This document shows, one piece after another, positions 19,466 through 31,980 of a stretch of DNA of 64,000 nt. The stretch's first letter is position 1. Each line of letters opens with the position of its first letter. This DNA comes from a candidate division FCPU426 bacterium (GTDB lineage Bacteria; Oederibacteriota; Muellerivitia; Muellerivitales; Muellerivitaceae), in NCBI GenBank assembly GCA_963771075.1, contig CAVYSE010000007.1, positions 192,001 through 256,000 of the forward strand. The letters are read 5' to 3'. Made by a program: the position numbers and the translations under genes. The notes under the pieces are model-generated. The model saw nothing but the letters and a program-made list of their open reading frames with translations. It made no database searches and was not told where the DNA came from.

Positions 19466-20116
19466 GACTGTTTTGGGCAAAGAATGAAGGTAACACAAGA
19501 TAAAATTTTTATGGTTTGTGACTATCGAAACGAGGTTATTTATATTGACAAAAATTTAACTTCTGCAAAAAAAATTCCAATCCCAAATGATTTTAAGGCG
19601 TCACAATCAAAATTTGAGGATGGGGTTATTTATAGAAATGAATTTGATAAACGGCCCGGTGAAAGAGAATATGTGTTTGATGAGGACGAATATAAGAAAG
19701 CGGGAAAACCAGAAAAGTGGAAAAAATTAAAATCAAAAATCGATTATGTTAAGAGATTCACACCTCAAGGTGAAATCCTCTATTTAAAAAAAGCAAGTGG
19801 AGAATTAACGAAAATTTGGGAATCGGACGGTTCGCCCGCACTTAATATATTAAGGATCAGCGATGAAACGATACGTGAAGTTTATTTCAACATATCACTG
19901 TATTCAGCCGATCATAATAATATTGGAAATTCCATTCTTTTGAAAGTTAGCCCTGAAGGAACGATATTAACACAAATGATTTTTCAGCCGGATGATGTGG
20001 TTGATACTTATGGCGGAGCTCGGACGATCCCATTGGATGTGGATAAAAACGGGAACATCTACCGGATGAGGACAAATAAAGATGGCGTTTTGATTGATAA
20101 GTGGTCTGAACAATAA
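19466..20116 (+). pseudogene. C-terminal fragment of an unrelated (beta-propeller-like) protein with its 5' end removed at IS256
   Basis: Open AT-rich frame starting exactly at the IS end; ends DVDKNGNIYRM..DGVLIDKW. Confidence 0.6.
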
Positions 20117-20124
20117 TAGGAACC

Positions 20125-20153
20125 AAGGGGCCTGGCCAACATTTAACACGTTA
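20125..20153 (+). repeat. Boundary motif copy A3
   Basis: AAGGGGCCTGGCCAACATTTAACACGTTA, inverted partner (26/29) of 12347-12375; begins 8 bp after the upstream stop. Confidence 0.8.
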
Positions 20154-20587
20154 GGACTTTCCACCCTCCAACGAATTAAATTGAAAGATTAAAACCTATT
20201 CAGGCGGGTGCCCTATGACATTCAAACCAAACCAGGAAGTTTACTCCACGAAAGTTTGGTGGATCGGCCGGGTGATTTATTTGCCTGTTGCGGTCACTGA
20301 TGAAATCGCACCGCCAAACCTTACCCCCCCGACTTGACCAACACCTATAGGGAATACCAAGTTAGTCCTTAGCCCCGTGAGCCCCTGTCAAATTGGCCGT
20401 ACGCCCCCCTTTTTGAGGTTAAATTCTTACAAATCCATCCGATTTACCTGTTTGTGCTCGTTTTTTGAGTGAATTAACTCCGTTGAAAAACCAATGTTAA
20501 ATTTTATTGATTGCCCCCTGTCTATTTTAGGAAAAAATGATAATGATTGCGTTTAACCAAAGGGAATAACGTTAAAGGGGGGGGCGA

Positions 20588-21640
20588 ATGACTGATTTCG
20601 TTTTGGGTTCATCCCTCCAGCCCCTTGATGACCTGGAACAGCTTCAGGTTCAAAAGACCCTACTAATACAGGAACGTATTCCCACCGACCGGTGTGACCG
20701 GATCATTCGCCTGACGGAGAACTTGTTTCGGGTGCCTCTCGCCTTGATCTACCTGACCGATGAAAACCGGGTTTGGTACAAATCCAACGCGGGTTTGGCG
20801 CTGATGGATTTATCCCATGAAATGGCCTTTTGTGCCGAAATGATCCACCACCCCGGGACGCTGGTTGTTTCAGACCTGCGGCGGGACGCCCGTTTCATGA
20901 ATGTTCCCATGATGAAGGCGGAAAGGCCCTTTTGTTTTTTCGCGGGCGTACCCGTGAACACCGGTAACGGGGAACGGTTGGGAACCCTCTGCCTGTTGGA
21001 TACCCAGCCGAGGGCTTTTTCCCGGGAAGACCAGGTGAGCCTGGAAGACCTGGCCGCCCTCGTGGAGATCGAGTTGGGGGCGGAAAGGGTCAACCAGCTT
21101 CAGTTCAAACTGCTCCTGGAAATAGGCCAACTGCGTTCCCAGGCACTGGTGGATTCCCTGACCCGCCTCTGGAACCGGGGCGCGGTGCTGGAAATCCTGG
21201 AAATGGAACGGGGCCGGGCGAAACGCAAGGGCCATTCGTTGGGCGTGGTGATCGCCGACCTGGATTTTTTCAAGAACGTGAACGACCAATACGGCCACCC
21301 CATAGGGGACGCGGTTTTGCTTGAAACCGCGGTGCGGATCCGCAAGAACCTTAGGGATTCGGATTGCGCCGGCCGCTACGGCGGGGAAGAGTTTCTGGTG
21401 ATCCTTCCGGAAGTTGACCTGGCCCAGGCCCGGGTGATCGCCGAGCGAATCCGGGGTTCCGTGGAGGATGCCCCCTTTATCACGGCCCGGGGGCCACTGA
21501 GGGTAACCCTGAGCCTGGGGTTGGGTGTGTGGCCACCGGGGGAAGAACTGACACTTGCGACCCTGATCGCCGAGGTGGATAAGGCCCTTTACCGCGCCAA
21601 GGCGGAAGGCCGCAACCGGGTCTGCGTTTTTACGGATTGA
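20588..21640 (+). CDS. GAF-GGDEF diguanylate cyclase
   Basis: GAF (FFAGVP..GTLCLLD), DSLTRLWNR, DLDFFKNVND.YGH, I-site RDSD, active site GGEEF. Confidence 0.95.
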   Translation: MTDFVLGSSLQPLDDLEQLQVQKTLLIQERIPTDRCDRIIRLTENLFRVPLALIYLTDENRVWYKSNAGLALMDLSHEMAFCAEMIHHPGTLVVSDLRRDARFMNVPMMKAERPFCFFAGVPVNTGNGERLGTLCLLDTQPRAFSREDQVSLEDLAALVEIELGAERVNQLQFKLLLEIGQLRSQALVDSLTRLWNRGAVLEILEMERGRAKRKGHSLGVVIADLDFFKNVNDQYGHPIGDAVLLETAVRIRKNLRDSDCAGRYGGEEFLVILPEVDLAQARVIAERIRGSVEDAPFITARGPLRVTLSLGLGVWPPGEELTLATLIAEVDKALYRAKAEGRNRVCVFTD

Positions 21641-21818
21641 TCCTTTGAATTTTCCGGTGCCGGTCATTCACTTGGGCTCCTAAATGACAAGATTGTCCGG
21701 GGCTGATCCGCTTCTACGATTATGTGCGTAAAAAGATACCTGGCTGGAGTTCCCCCGAAAAAATGGACACCTAAGATATGTCGAACGGCGTTAGAACCTC
21801 TTCCATCCAGGCGCCTAT

Positions 21819-22520
21819 TCATCCCAGCAGGTCAAAGAATAGAAAATGCGCGTCCTTTCCAACATTCACTTCAGGTGATTCCTCTTGCGACAACGCCACC
21901 CCATCCCCGGGAGAAATCTTGTGGGGGCCGATCGAAAGCTCGCCTGAAGCCAATTGAAGCCAACCCTTGCGGTCTTTTGGCAAAGGCAATTTCACCTTTT
22001 CGCCCGCTTTCACTTTCGCCAAGTAGAAAAGTACATCCTGGTTGAAGGTGATGGAACCTTCCTTCCCGTTTGGGGAAGCGGCCAGGAAGAGCTTGCCTGA
22101 GGCGAGTCCCTTTGAAAAATCCTTCTGGGCATAGCTTGGTTTCAGGCCCTCTTTTTCAGGCAGGATCCAAATTTGGAAGAAATGGGTTTCTTCCTCTTTT
22201 AAATGGTTGAATTCTGAATGCCGTACGCCCGTCCCGGCGCTCATGCGTTGCACTTCTCCGGGAAAAATAGTGGCGGCCGTACCCATGGAATCCTTGTGGT
22301 CCAGGGCGCCGCATAGGACATAGGAGATGATCTCCATATCCCGGTGGCCGTGTGTCCCAAAACCCGTCCCGCCTTGGATGCGGTCTTCGTTGATAACCCG
22401 CAAATCGCCGAATCCCATTTGGGCTTCATCGTGGTAATCGCCGAATGAGAAGGTGTGTTGGGAATGGAGCCACCCCAGGTCGCTGAAGCCCCGTGCCCCT
22501 GATTTGCGGAGAGTCATCAT
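21819..22520 (-). CDS. Pirin-family bicupin (YhhW-like)
   Basis: WLHSQHTFSF, GFGTHGHRDMEI, HKDSMG, MSAGTGVRHSE. Confidence 0.95.
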   Translation of the reverse strand: MMTLRKSGARGFSDLGWLHSQHTFSFGDYHDEAQMGFGDLRVINEDRIQGGTGFGTHGHRDMEIISYVLCGALDHKDSMGTAATIFPGEVQRMSAGTGVRHSEFNHLKEEETHFFQIWILPEKEGLKPSYAQKDFSKGLASGKLFLAASPNGKEGSITFNQDVLFYLAKVKAGEKVKLPLPKDRKGWLQLASGELSIGPHKISPGDGVALSQEESPEVNVGKDAHFLFFDLLG

Positions 22521-22633
22521 GGTTACTTCCTTTCCATCCAGGGATTAAGTCGGGCTTTATCCTAGGAAAAGATGGGTGAGAAAGTCAGGGGGGCGGGGGA
22601 AAAACTCGGTGTACAAAGCGTATATGGGATAGA

Positions 22634-22659
22634 AAATGGGTGGCTGGCCACTATTGTCC
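22634..22659 (+). repeat. Boundary motif copy A4 (AAATGGGTGGCTGGCCACTATTGTCC)
   Basis: 22/26 identical to 10238-10263. Confidence 0.7.
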
Positions 22660-23194
22660 ACTTTGCAAATGAACAAAATCATTAAACCCTCATCCCAATG
22701 GCCAATAACCATTTGTTAGGAACAACCACCTGTTGAGTCTTCGCCTCAAGGGCGACAAAAACCATCGAAACATGGTTCTCGACCAGAAACCTCAAGCCGG
22801 CCCCAAACTTTTTATAATTCCTAACTAATAACTTTTTGCTACCGCATTGAATATTAACCTCGTCCATTTTTTGGTCAAAACGTCCATAAACTGAACTTTT
22901 TCCTAAAAATACAGTTCAAAAAATTGATGATTTACCACAAAAAGTGTTGAATTATTGGCACATGCTTTGCACAGAAATATAAATAACTCTGCTTTTACTT
23001 GGAAAAATCTAAAAAGAGCTATAATTCCACAAGGTTAATCGGTTGCCTGTTTAACGATTAAACAGCAATTTTTGGAGTTGTTTTTGGAATTACCTGTAAA
23101 AACTTTTTGTTTATCTAAAGCTGAAAAGCCTGAACACCTACATTCAAATCAAAATGAAAGTAGTGGTTATATTTGTTTGCCCTGCCATGATTTT

Positions 23195-26100
23195 TTGAGC
23201 CATCGAAGAAAATATTTCACTAGATGTTTAGTTATTGGTCTTTTGGTTATTGGTTTTCTAACAACCATTGTGGAACAAGTCTTTGCTCAGTCTTGCCCAA
23301 GCTGGGCTCTTGTAGGAAGCGCTCTTTCGGGTCCCGATGGGGCTGTCACCCTAACTTCCCCGACAGGTGGACAAAGTGGAGCCTGTTGGAACACGGTACC
23401 TCTCAATTTGAGCCAGCCATTTACGTTGGCGTATAACGTCAATGTTGGGGCAACAGGGGGCGCGGATGGTGTCGCGCTAGTACATTCAAAATGATCCTAG
23501 GGGTCTTTCCGCTATAAGTGGTAATGGCACTGGTTGTGGAGCTTGTTTAGGTTACTCCGGTGTTCTACCGATCAATCCCTCGGTCGCTTTTACTTTAAAC
23601 ACCTATGCCACAAGTTATGGCAATGGACATCTGGGGGTTGATGAAAACGGAGCGGGCGCCGCTGGCCCGGCAAATTCGGGTTGTGGTTTTGTTACGGGTG
23701 TTACCTGTCCCTTTGTCTTCACGCAAAGTGTGTTCACAAACCCCAATCGAGGAATGACCTTAGTTTGGTCGTCGGGACCCGCTAGCCAATTATCATTAAC
23801 CTACGATGATCCAACCGGTACTCCCGCGACACGGACAATGGTTTATACACGAGATCTTGTTAATGATATTTTTAGCGGCGTAAGCACTGTCTATTACGGG
23901 TTCACCGCGGCCACGGGCGCTTCTTACAATATCCAGTACATTGCGCCAATCGGAAGTTGTAATTCACCAACACCTACCCCTGTTTGTTCATCACCTCAAA
24001 ATTCCGGTTTAACTACCGCGGGTACTTTTACGAACGGTCCCAATGAGAACAACCGTCAGGATGGGACTTTATATACATTCGCGAGCGGCATGACGGTTAC
24101 ATCTATGTCGGTTAATTTATCAACCGCCACCGCCGCGACAGGTATTTTGGGTATTTATTCGAACGTGGGGGGAGTACCTACAGATCTTCTTCTTCAAAGC
24201 CAAGCGTTGGCTGTGACCGCGGGATGGAATACCTTGGCTGTTCCTCCTACCGCGCTGCCGGCCGGGAGCTACTGGCTGGAGTTTACGTTTTCGGGAACAA
24301 CAGCTCAAGTTTCTTACAATACCGGAACGGCAGGTACGGAATATTCCGAGAGTATTCCGGGGGGGCCGTATGGAGATTTACAGGATCCTTATACCACGAA
24401 TGGATCGGCTGAGGCGGCGGGGACAAACAATTACGCCATCTATGCCACTGGATGCATCGGTACCGTTCCAACATGGACCCCCACGCCAACGCTCACGCCT
24501 TATACAACCTGTCCTGACGCATTTAGTGTTGCCGCAAGCGGTAATAATACCGGGACCACAACCGCTACCACGAACGTAGCGTTGACTATTCCCGCGGCCG
24601 CGTCCAACCCTCTTTTGGTTGTCCAAATCGCTGTGGAGAATGCAACAGCAACCATTACAACGGCTACATACAACGGGGTAGCTTTAACCCTCGCTCAAAA
24701 ATACGTCAGTATTAACGGCAACGAGTATTTCACCTATTATCTGCCAAGTTCACTAATTACGGGTTTAGGTACGGCGCACAATATAACTATTACAACCAGC
24801 GCGAGAGTTAATACCTCCATTGGAGCGATGGTCTTTACCGGAATGGATCCTAATAATCCGCTGGGTTTGGCAACTCATGCGGAACTGACAACCGCCACTG
24901 CCGCGCCGGTTCTTAATATTACAACAAGCCAACAAAACTCAATTATTGTTAATCTTTTGCACGCCTATAGCGCCGTGACAATGCCGCCAGGCCTTGGCAC
25001 AGGTCAAACCAATGAATGGTCTTTTGCGGCCGCGGGTTTTCCTTCGGAAGGGAACTATAAGATTTCCACGACGGTTGCGACTTATCCAATCAGCTACACA
25101 TTAAGCGCCGCTTCCTTGGTGGATATGCAATCGATTGAATTTTATGCCGCAAATTGCAATCCAACGCCAACCGTGACACCCACACCTACAATTACCAGAA
25201 CTTTCACCAGTACTTCTACTGTTACTCTGACGCCAACGGTCACGCTGACGCCGACCATCACGAAAACCAACACAATAACGTCGACTTTCACGCTGACTCC
25301 GACTATTACCAACACTTATACGCTAACCCCCACGATTACACTGACTCGAACTATCACCAGCACCAATACGCTAACACCCACAATTACGTTGACACCGACT
25401 ATCACCAACACCAACACACTGACGCCAACGATCACATTGACACCGACCATTACCAGCACCAATACGTTGACACCGACGATTACACTGACTCGAACAATCA
25501 CTAACACCAATACACTGACGCCTACGATTACATTGACTCCGACTATTACCACCACCAACACGCTGACGCCCACGATTACGCTGACTCGAACTATCACCAG
25601 CACCAATACGCTAACACCCACAATTACGTTGACACCGACTATCACCAACACCAACACACTGACGCCAACGATTACGCTGACATTTACCCTTACGCCGACG
25701 ATCACGCTGACCCCAACGGTGACAATCACATTTACCAACACCATTACCCTTACACCCACAGTCACGAACACTTACACGAACACAATTACCCTTACCCCGA
25801 CAGTGACAAACACTTACACGAACACGATCACCCTTACCCCGACTGTAACCAATACCTATACCAATACGATTACTCTCACTCCTACGGTGACGAACACCTA
25901 TACCAACACTATTACGCTTACGCCGACAGTAACCAGTACCTATACCTACACTATTACCCTTACACCGACCGTCACGAACACTTACACGAACACGATCACC
26001 CTTACCCCGACTGTAACCAATACCTATACCAATACGATTACTCTCACTCCTACGGTGACGAACACCTATACCAACACTATTACGCTTACGCCGACAATAA

Positions 26101-29100
26101 CCAGTACCTATACCTACACTATTACCCTTACACCGACCTTCACGAACACTTACACGAACACGATCACCCTTACCCCGACTGTAACCAATACCTATACCAA
26201 TACGATTACTCTTACTCCTACGGTGACGAACACCTATACCAACACCATTACGCTTACTCCAACAGTGACCAATACCTACACCAATACCATCACCCTTACG
26301 CCCACGGTCACGAACACCTACACCAATACGATTACTCTTACCCCGACGGTGACAGACACCTATACAAACACAATCACCCTCACGCCCACAGTCACGAACA
26401 CATACACCAACACCATTACGTTGACGCCCACCGTGACGGACACTTACACAAATACCATTACCCTCACACCCACAGTCACCAATACCTACACCAATACGAT
26501 TACTCTCACTCCTACAGTAACGAACACATATACCAACACCATTACGCTTACTCCAACTGTCACGAATACTTACACAAACACGATCACCCTCACGCCCACA
26601 GTCACGAACACCTACACCAACACCATTACGTTGACGCCCACTGTGACGGACACTTATACAAATACCATTACGCTTACGCCGACAGTCACTGATACCTACA
26701 CCAATACGATTACGCTCACACCTACGGTCACGAACACTTACACGGATACCATCACCCTCACGCCCACGGTCACAAACACCTTTACCAACACCATTACGCT
26801 TACGCCGACAGTCACAGATACCTACACCAATACGATTACTCTCACACCTACGGTCACGAACACTTACACCAACACCATTACATTGACCCCCACAGTTACA
26901 GACACTTACACCAATACTATTACCCTTACTCCAACAGTGACCAATACCTACACCAACACCATTACTCTTACTCCAACAGTAACGAACACTTACACGAATA
27001 CAATTACCCTTACCCCGACGGTGACAAACACCTATACGAATACCATCACCCTCACGCCTACGGTGACGAACACTTACACAAACACAATCACCCTTACCCC
27101 AACAGTGACCAATACCTACACGAATACCATTACCCTCACCCCGACTGTAACAAACACCAATACCAACACCATTACCTTGACGCCGACAGTGACCAATACC
27201 TACACGAATACGATTACTCTCACACCTACGGTAACGAACACTTACACGAACACGATCACCTTAACCCCGACTGTGACAGACACCTACACCAATACCATTA
27301 CTCTCACTCCTACAGTAACGAACACTTACACGAACACGATCACCTTAACCCCGACTGTCACCAATACTTACACCAACACCATCACCCTTACGCCTACTGT
27401 GACCAATACCTACACGAATACCATCACCCTCACGCCCACAGTCACGAACACCTACACCAATACGATTACTTTAACGCCGACAGTAACGAACACTTACACG
27501 AACACGATCACCCTCACCCCGACTGTAACAAACACCAATACCAACACCATTACCCTGACGCCGACAGTGACCAATACCTACACGAATACGATTACTCTCA
27601 CACCTACGGTAACGAACACTTACACGAACACGATCACCCTCACCCCGACTGTGACAAACACCTATACCAACACCATTACGCTTACGCCTACGGTGACCAA
27701 TACCTACACCAATACGATTACGCTTACTCCAACAGTGACCAATACCTACACGAATACCATCACCCTCACCCCGACAGTGACAGACACCTACACCAACACC
27801 ATTACGCTTACGCCTACCGTGACGGAAACTTACACGAATACCATTACACTCACGCCCACAGTCACAAATACCTACACCAACACCATTACGCTTACGCCTA
27901 CGGTGACCAATACCTACACCAATACGATTACGCTTACTCCAACAGTGACCAATACCTACACGAATACCATCACCCTCACCCCGACGGCGACAAACACCTA
28001 TACCAACACCATTACCCTCACTCCTACGGTGACGAACACTTACACGGATACAATTACGCTTACCCCGACAGTCACTAACACCTACACCAATACAATTACT
28101 CTCACTCCTACGGTTACGAATACCTATACGAATACCATCACCCTCACGCCCACAGTTACGAATTCCTACACGAATACTATTATCTCACACCTACGGTAAC
28201 GAACACTTACACGAATACAATTACCCTTACCCCCACAGTGACAGACACCTACACCAACACCATTACGTTGACGCCCACCGTGACGGATACTTACACGAAC
28301 ACGATCACCTTAACCCCGACTGTCACCAATACTTACACCAACACCATTACCCTGACGCCGACAGTGACCAATACCTACACGAATACGATTACTCTCACAC
28401 CTACGGTAACGAACACTTACACGAACACGATCACCCTCACCCCGACTGTGACGGACACCTACACCAATACCATTACTCTCACTCCTACGGTAACGAACAC
28501 TTACACGAACACGATCACCTTAACCCCGACTGTCACCAATACTTACACCAACACCATTACCCTGACGCCGACAGTGACCAATACCTACACCAATACGATT
28601 ACTCTCACACCTACGGTAACGAACACTTACACGAACACGATCACCCTCACCCCGACTGTAACAAACACCAATACCAACACCATTACCCTGACGCCGACAG
28701 TGACCAATACCTACACGAATACGATTACTCTCACACCTACGGTAACGAACACTTACACGAACACGATCACCCTCACCCCGACTGTGACAGACACCTACAC
28801 CAATACCATTACTCTCACTCCTACGGTAACGAACACTTACACCAACACGATCACCTTAACCCCGACTGTCACAAATACTTACACCAACACCATCACCCTT
28901 ACGCCTACGGTGACCAATACTTACACGAATACGATTACTCTCACACCTACGGTAACGAACACTTACACGAACACGATCACCCTCACCCCGACTGTGACAA
29001 ACACCTATACCAACACCATTACGCTTACGCCTACGGTGACCAATACCTACACCAATACGATTACGCTTACTCCCACAGTGACCAATACCTACACGAATAC

Positions 29101-31945
29101 CATCACCCTCACCCCGACTGTCACCAATACTTACACCAACACCATTACCCTGACGCCGACAGTCACCAATACCTACACGAATACGATTACTCTCACACCT
29201 ACGGTCACGAACACCTACACGAACACGATCACCTTCACCCCGACTGTGACAAACACCTATACCAACACCATTACGCTTACGCCTACGGTGACCAATACCT
29301 ACACCAATACGATTACGCTTACTCCAACAGTGACCAATACCTACACGAATACCATCACCCTCACCCCGACGGTGACAGACACCTACACCAACACCATTAC
29401 GCTTACGCCTACCGTGACGGAAACTTACACGAATACCATTACACTCACGCCCACAGTCACAAATACCTACACCAACACCATTACGCTTACGCCTACGGTG
29501 ACCAATACCTACACCAATACGATTACGCTTACTCCAACAGTGACCAATACCTACACGAATACCATCACCCTCACCCCGACTGTGACAAACACCTATACCA
29601 ACACCATTACGCTTACGCCTACGGTGACCAATACCTACACCAATACAATTACGCTTACCCCGACAGTCACTAACACCTACACCAATACAATTACTCTCAC
29701 TCCTACGGTTACGAATACCTATACGAATACCATCACCCTCACGCCCACAGTTACGAATTCCTACACGAATACGATTACTCTCACACCTACGGTAACGAAC
29801 ACTTACACGAATACAATTACCCTTACCCCCACGGTGACAGACACCTACACCAACACCATTACGTTGACGCCCACCGTGACGGATACTTACACCGAACACG
29901 ATCACCTTAACCCCGACTGTCACCAATACTTACACCAACACCATCACCCTCACACCCACAGTCACGGATACCTACACCAATACGATTACTCTCACTCCTA
30001 CGGTAACGAACACATACACCAGCACCATTACGTTGACACCCACTGTGACGGATACTTACACGAACACGATCACCTTAACCCCGACTGTCACCGATACTTA
30101 CACCAACACCATCACCCTCACACCCACAGTCACGGATACCTACACCAATACGATTACTCTCACTCCTACGGTAACGAACACATACACCAGACCATTACGT
30201 TGACGCCCACTGTGAGGGACACTTACACAAATACCATTACGCTTACGCCGACAGTCACTGATACCTATACCAACACGATCACATTGACACCGACCATTAC
30301 GTTGACACCCACTATTACGGACACTTACACCAATACTATTACCTTACGCCAACGATAACGCTGACACCACACCGTACGGATACCTATACCGACACGATCA
30401 CATTGACACCGACGATCACGTTGACACCCACAGTCACGGACACCTACACCAATACCATTACCCTTACGCCAACGATAACCCTGACCCCGACAGTTACGGA
30501 TACCATATACCAACACGATCACATTAACACCAACCATTACGCTGACACCCACTGTGACGGACATTACACGGATACCATTACCCTTACCGCCAACGATCAC
30601 GCTGACACCCACTGTGACGGACACTTACACGGATACCATTACCCTTACGCCAACGATAACCCTGACCCCGACAGTCACGGATACCTATACCGACACGATC
30701 ACATTAACACCGACGATTACGTTGACACCCACTGTGACAGACACCTACACCAATACCATTACCCTTACGCCGACGATTACACTGACACCGACAGTCACGG
30801 ATACCTATACCAACACGATCACATTGACGCCAACGATCACGCTGACACCCACTGTGACTGACACATCTACCAATACCAACACAATTACACAGACAGTCAC
30901 GGACACGTACACCAACACGATCACACTGACTCCGACGATAACGGGAACCAGTACTGTCACCGTTACGCCAACGTTCACGAATACGATTACCGATACCCTA
31001 ACTTTCACACCTACTATCACCGACACTTTTACAAACACAATTACGCTGACACAAACGATTACAAACACTTACACTCAAACACTCACGACTACGGCCACGA
31101 CAACAAACACGATGACGATCACACCAAGTATTACCAGTTCTAATACCTATGCGAATACTTACACATCAACGCCCACGAATACACCCACTTCCACGCTCAC
31201 ATTAACCACCATACCCACGTCCACATTCTCCGTGACGAACACCCCAACCATAACCTTAACCGTGACCAAGACTATGACGCTTACGGTTACTCTTACCTCG
31301 ACAATAACTTCTATACCGGTGGCTACCGCGACACCTTCTTGTGGTCAGCAGGTGGTGAATGTATTTGATGACCGGGGGGAATTGGTGGCTTCCTTGTGTG
31401 GGAACATTACTTTCCCCAGTGGAAGCACCTATTCCGCCAGCCTTTCTAGTTACGTGCCCAACCCATCGGGCCTTGGAGGAGCCATCACCATTTACCTCAA
31501 TGACCAAATAGTCGCGGTCTGGAACGGCATTGGCCCCAACGGACAACTGGTCCCTAATGGTTATTATCATTTCACCATTATCGAGAGCACTTCAGACGGT
31601 AATAAAGTGATTTTGGCACGAGATGCTTTCATTGATGACCAGTTAGGTTCTGCAGGTTTACAGCTTTCCGCATGGCCTAACCTGGCTCATGTTGGCGACA
31701 CCATTACGATTCTTGGTACTTTCTCTGGAACTCCCCCGGACTCACAAAGTAGAATAAAAATCTATGACATCGCCGGAGAATTGTTGAAATCCCTTACTTT
31801 AACTAATGGTACGACATCCTGGAATCTGACCAACCTGGCTGGCCAACCCGTGGGGAACGGACTTTATTTTGCCGTGTTTACCGGTAATGACCCGGGTTCA
31901 GGAAATCCAGTTATTAAAGCGGTGAAAATCATGGTAATTCATTGA
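23195..31945 (+). CDS. Giant secreted surface protein (about 2,900 aa): signal peptide, L-type-lectin-like domain, beta-sandwich domains, Thr-X repeat stalk, C-terminal FlgD-Ig/T9SS-CTD-like domains; frameshifted in this sequence
   Basis: ORFs 23072-23494, 23730-28199, 28238-30358 and 30554-31945 are collinear. GADGVALV/IQNDP lectin motif is split by one extra base near 23483. YYGFTAATG; C-terminal IKIYDIAGELLK...W..TN..G..V.NGLYF. Start codon uncertain. Confidence 0.8.
25161..31335 (+). repeat. Coding tandem repeat, core unit 42 bp (TITLTPTVTNTYTN), roughly 105-110 copies, flanked by 16-aa and 20-aa variants
   Basis: Directly visible in DNA and translation; synonymous third-position variation between units. 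Confidence 0.97.
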
Positions 31946-31980
31946 ATCAAGAAAGGCCGGAATTGTATTACCGTTCAAAG

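Noticed and set aside
25316..31068. Val/Gly-rich minus-strand ORFs (25316-25771, 28856-29926, 30325-30624, 30805-31068) and His-rich plus-strand segments
   Set aside because: Antisense or out-of-frame shadows of the ACN-rich Thr repeat. The His-rich runs appear only between frameshifts.
25161..31335. Long regular repeat considered as a CRISPR array or non-coding satellite
   Set aside because: No unique spacers, unit lengths are multiples of 3, variation is synonymous, and no cas genes are present. It is a coding repeat.
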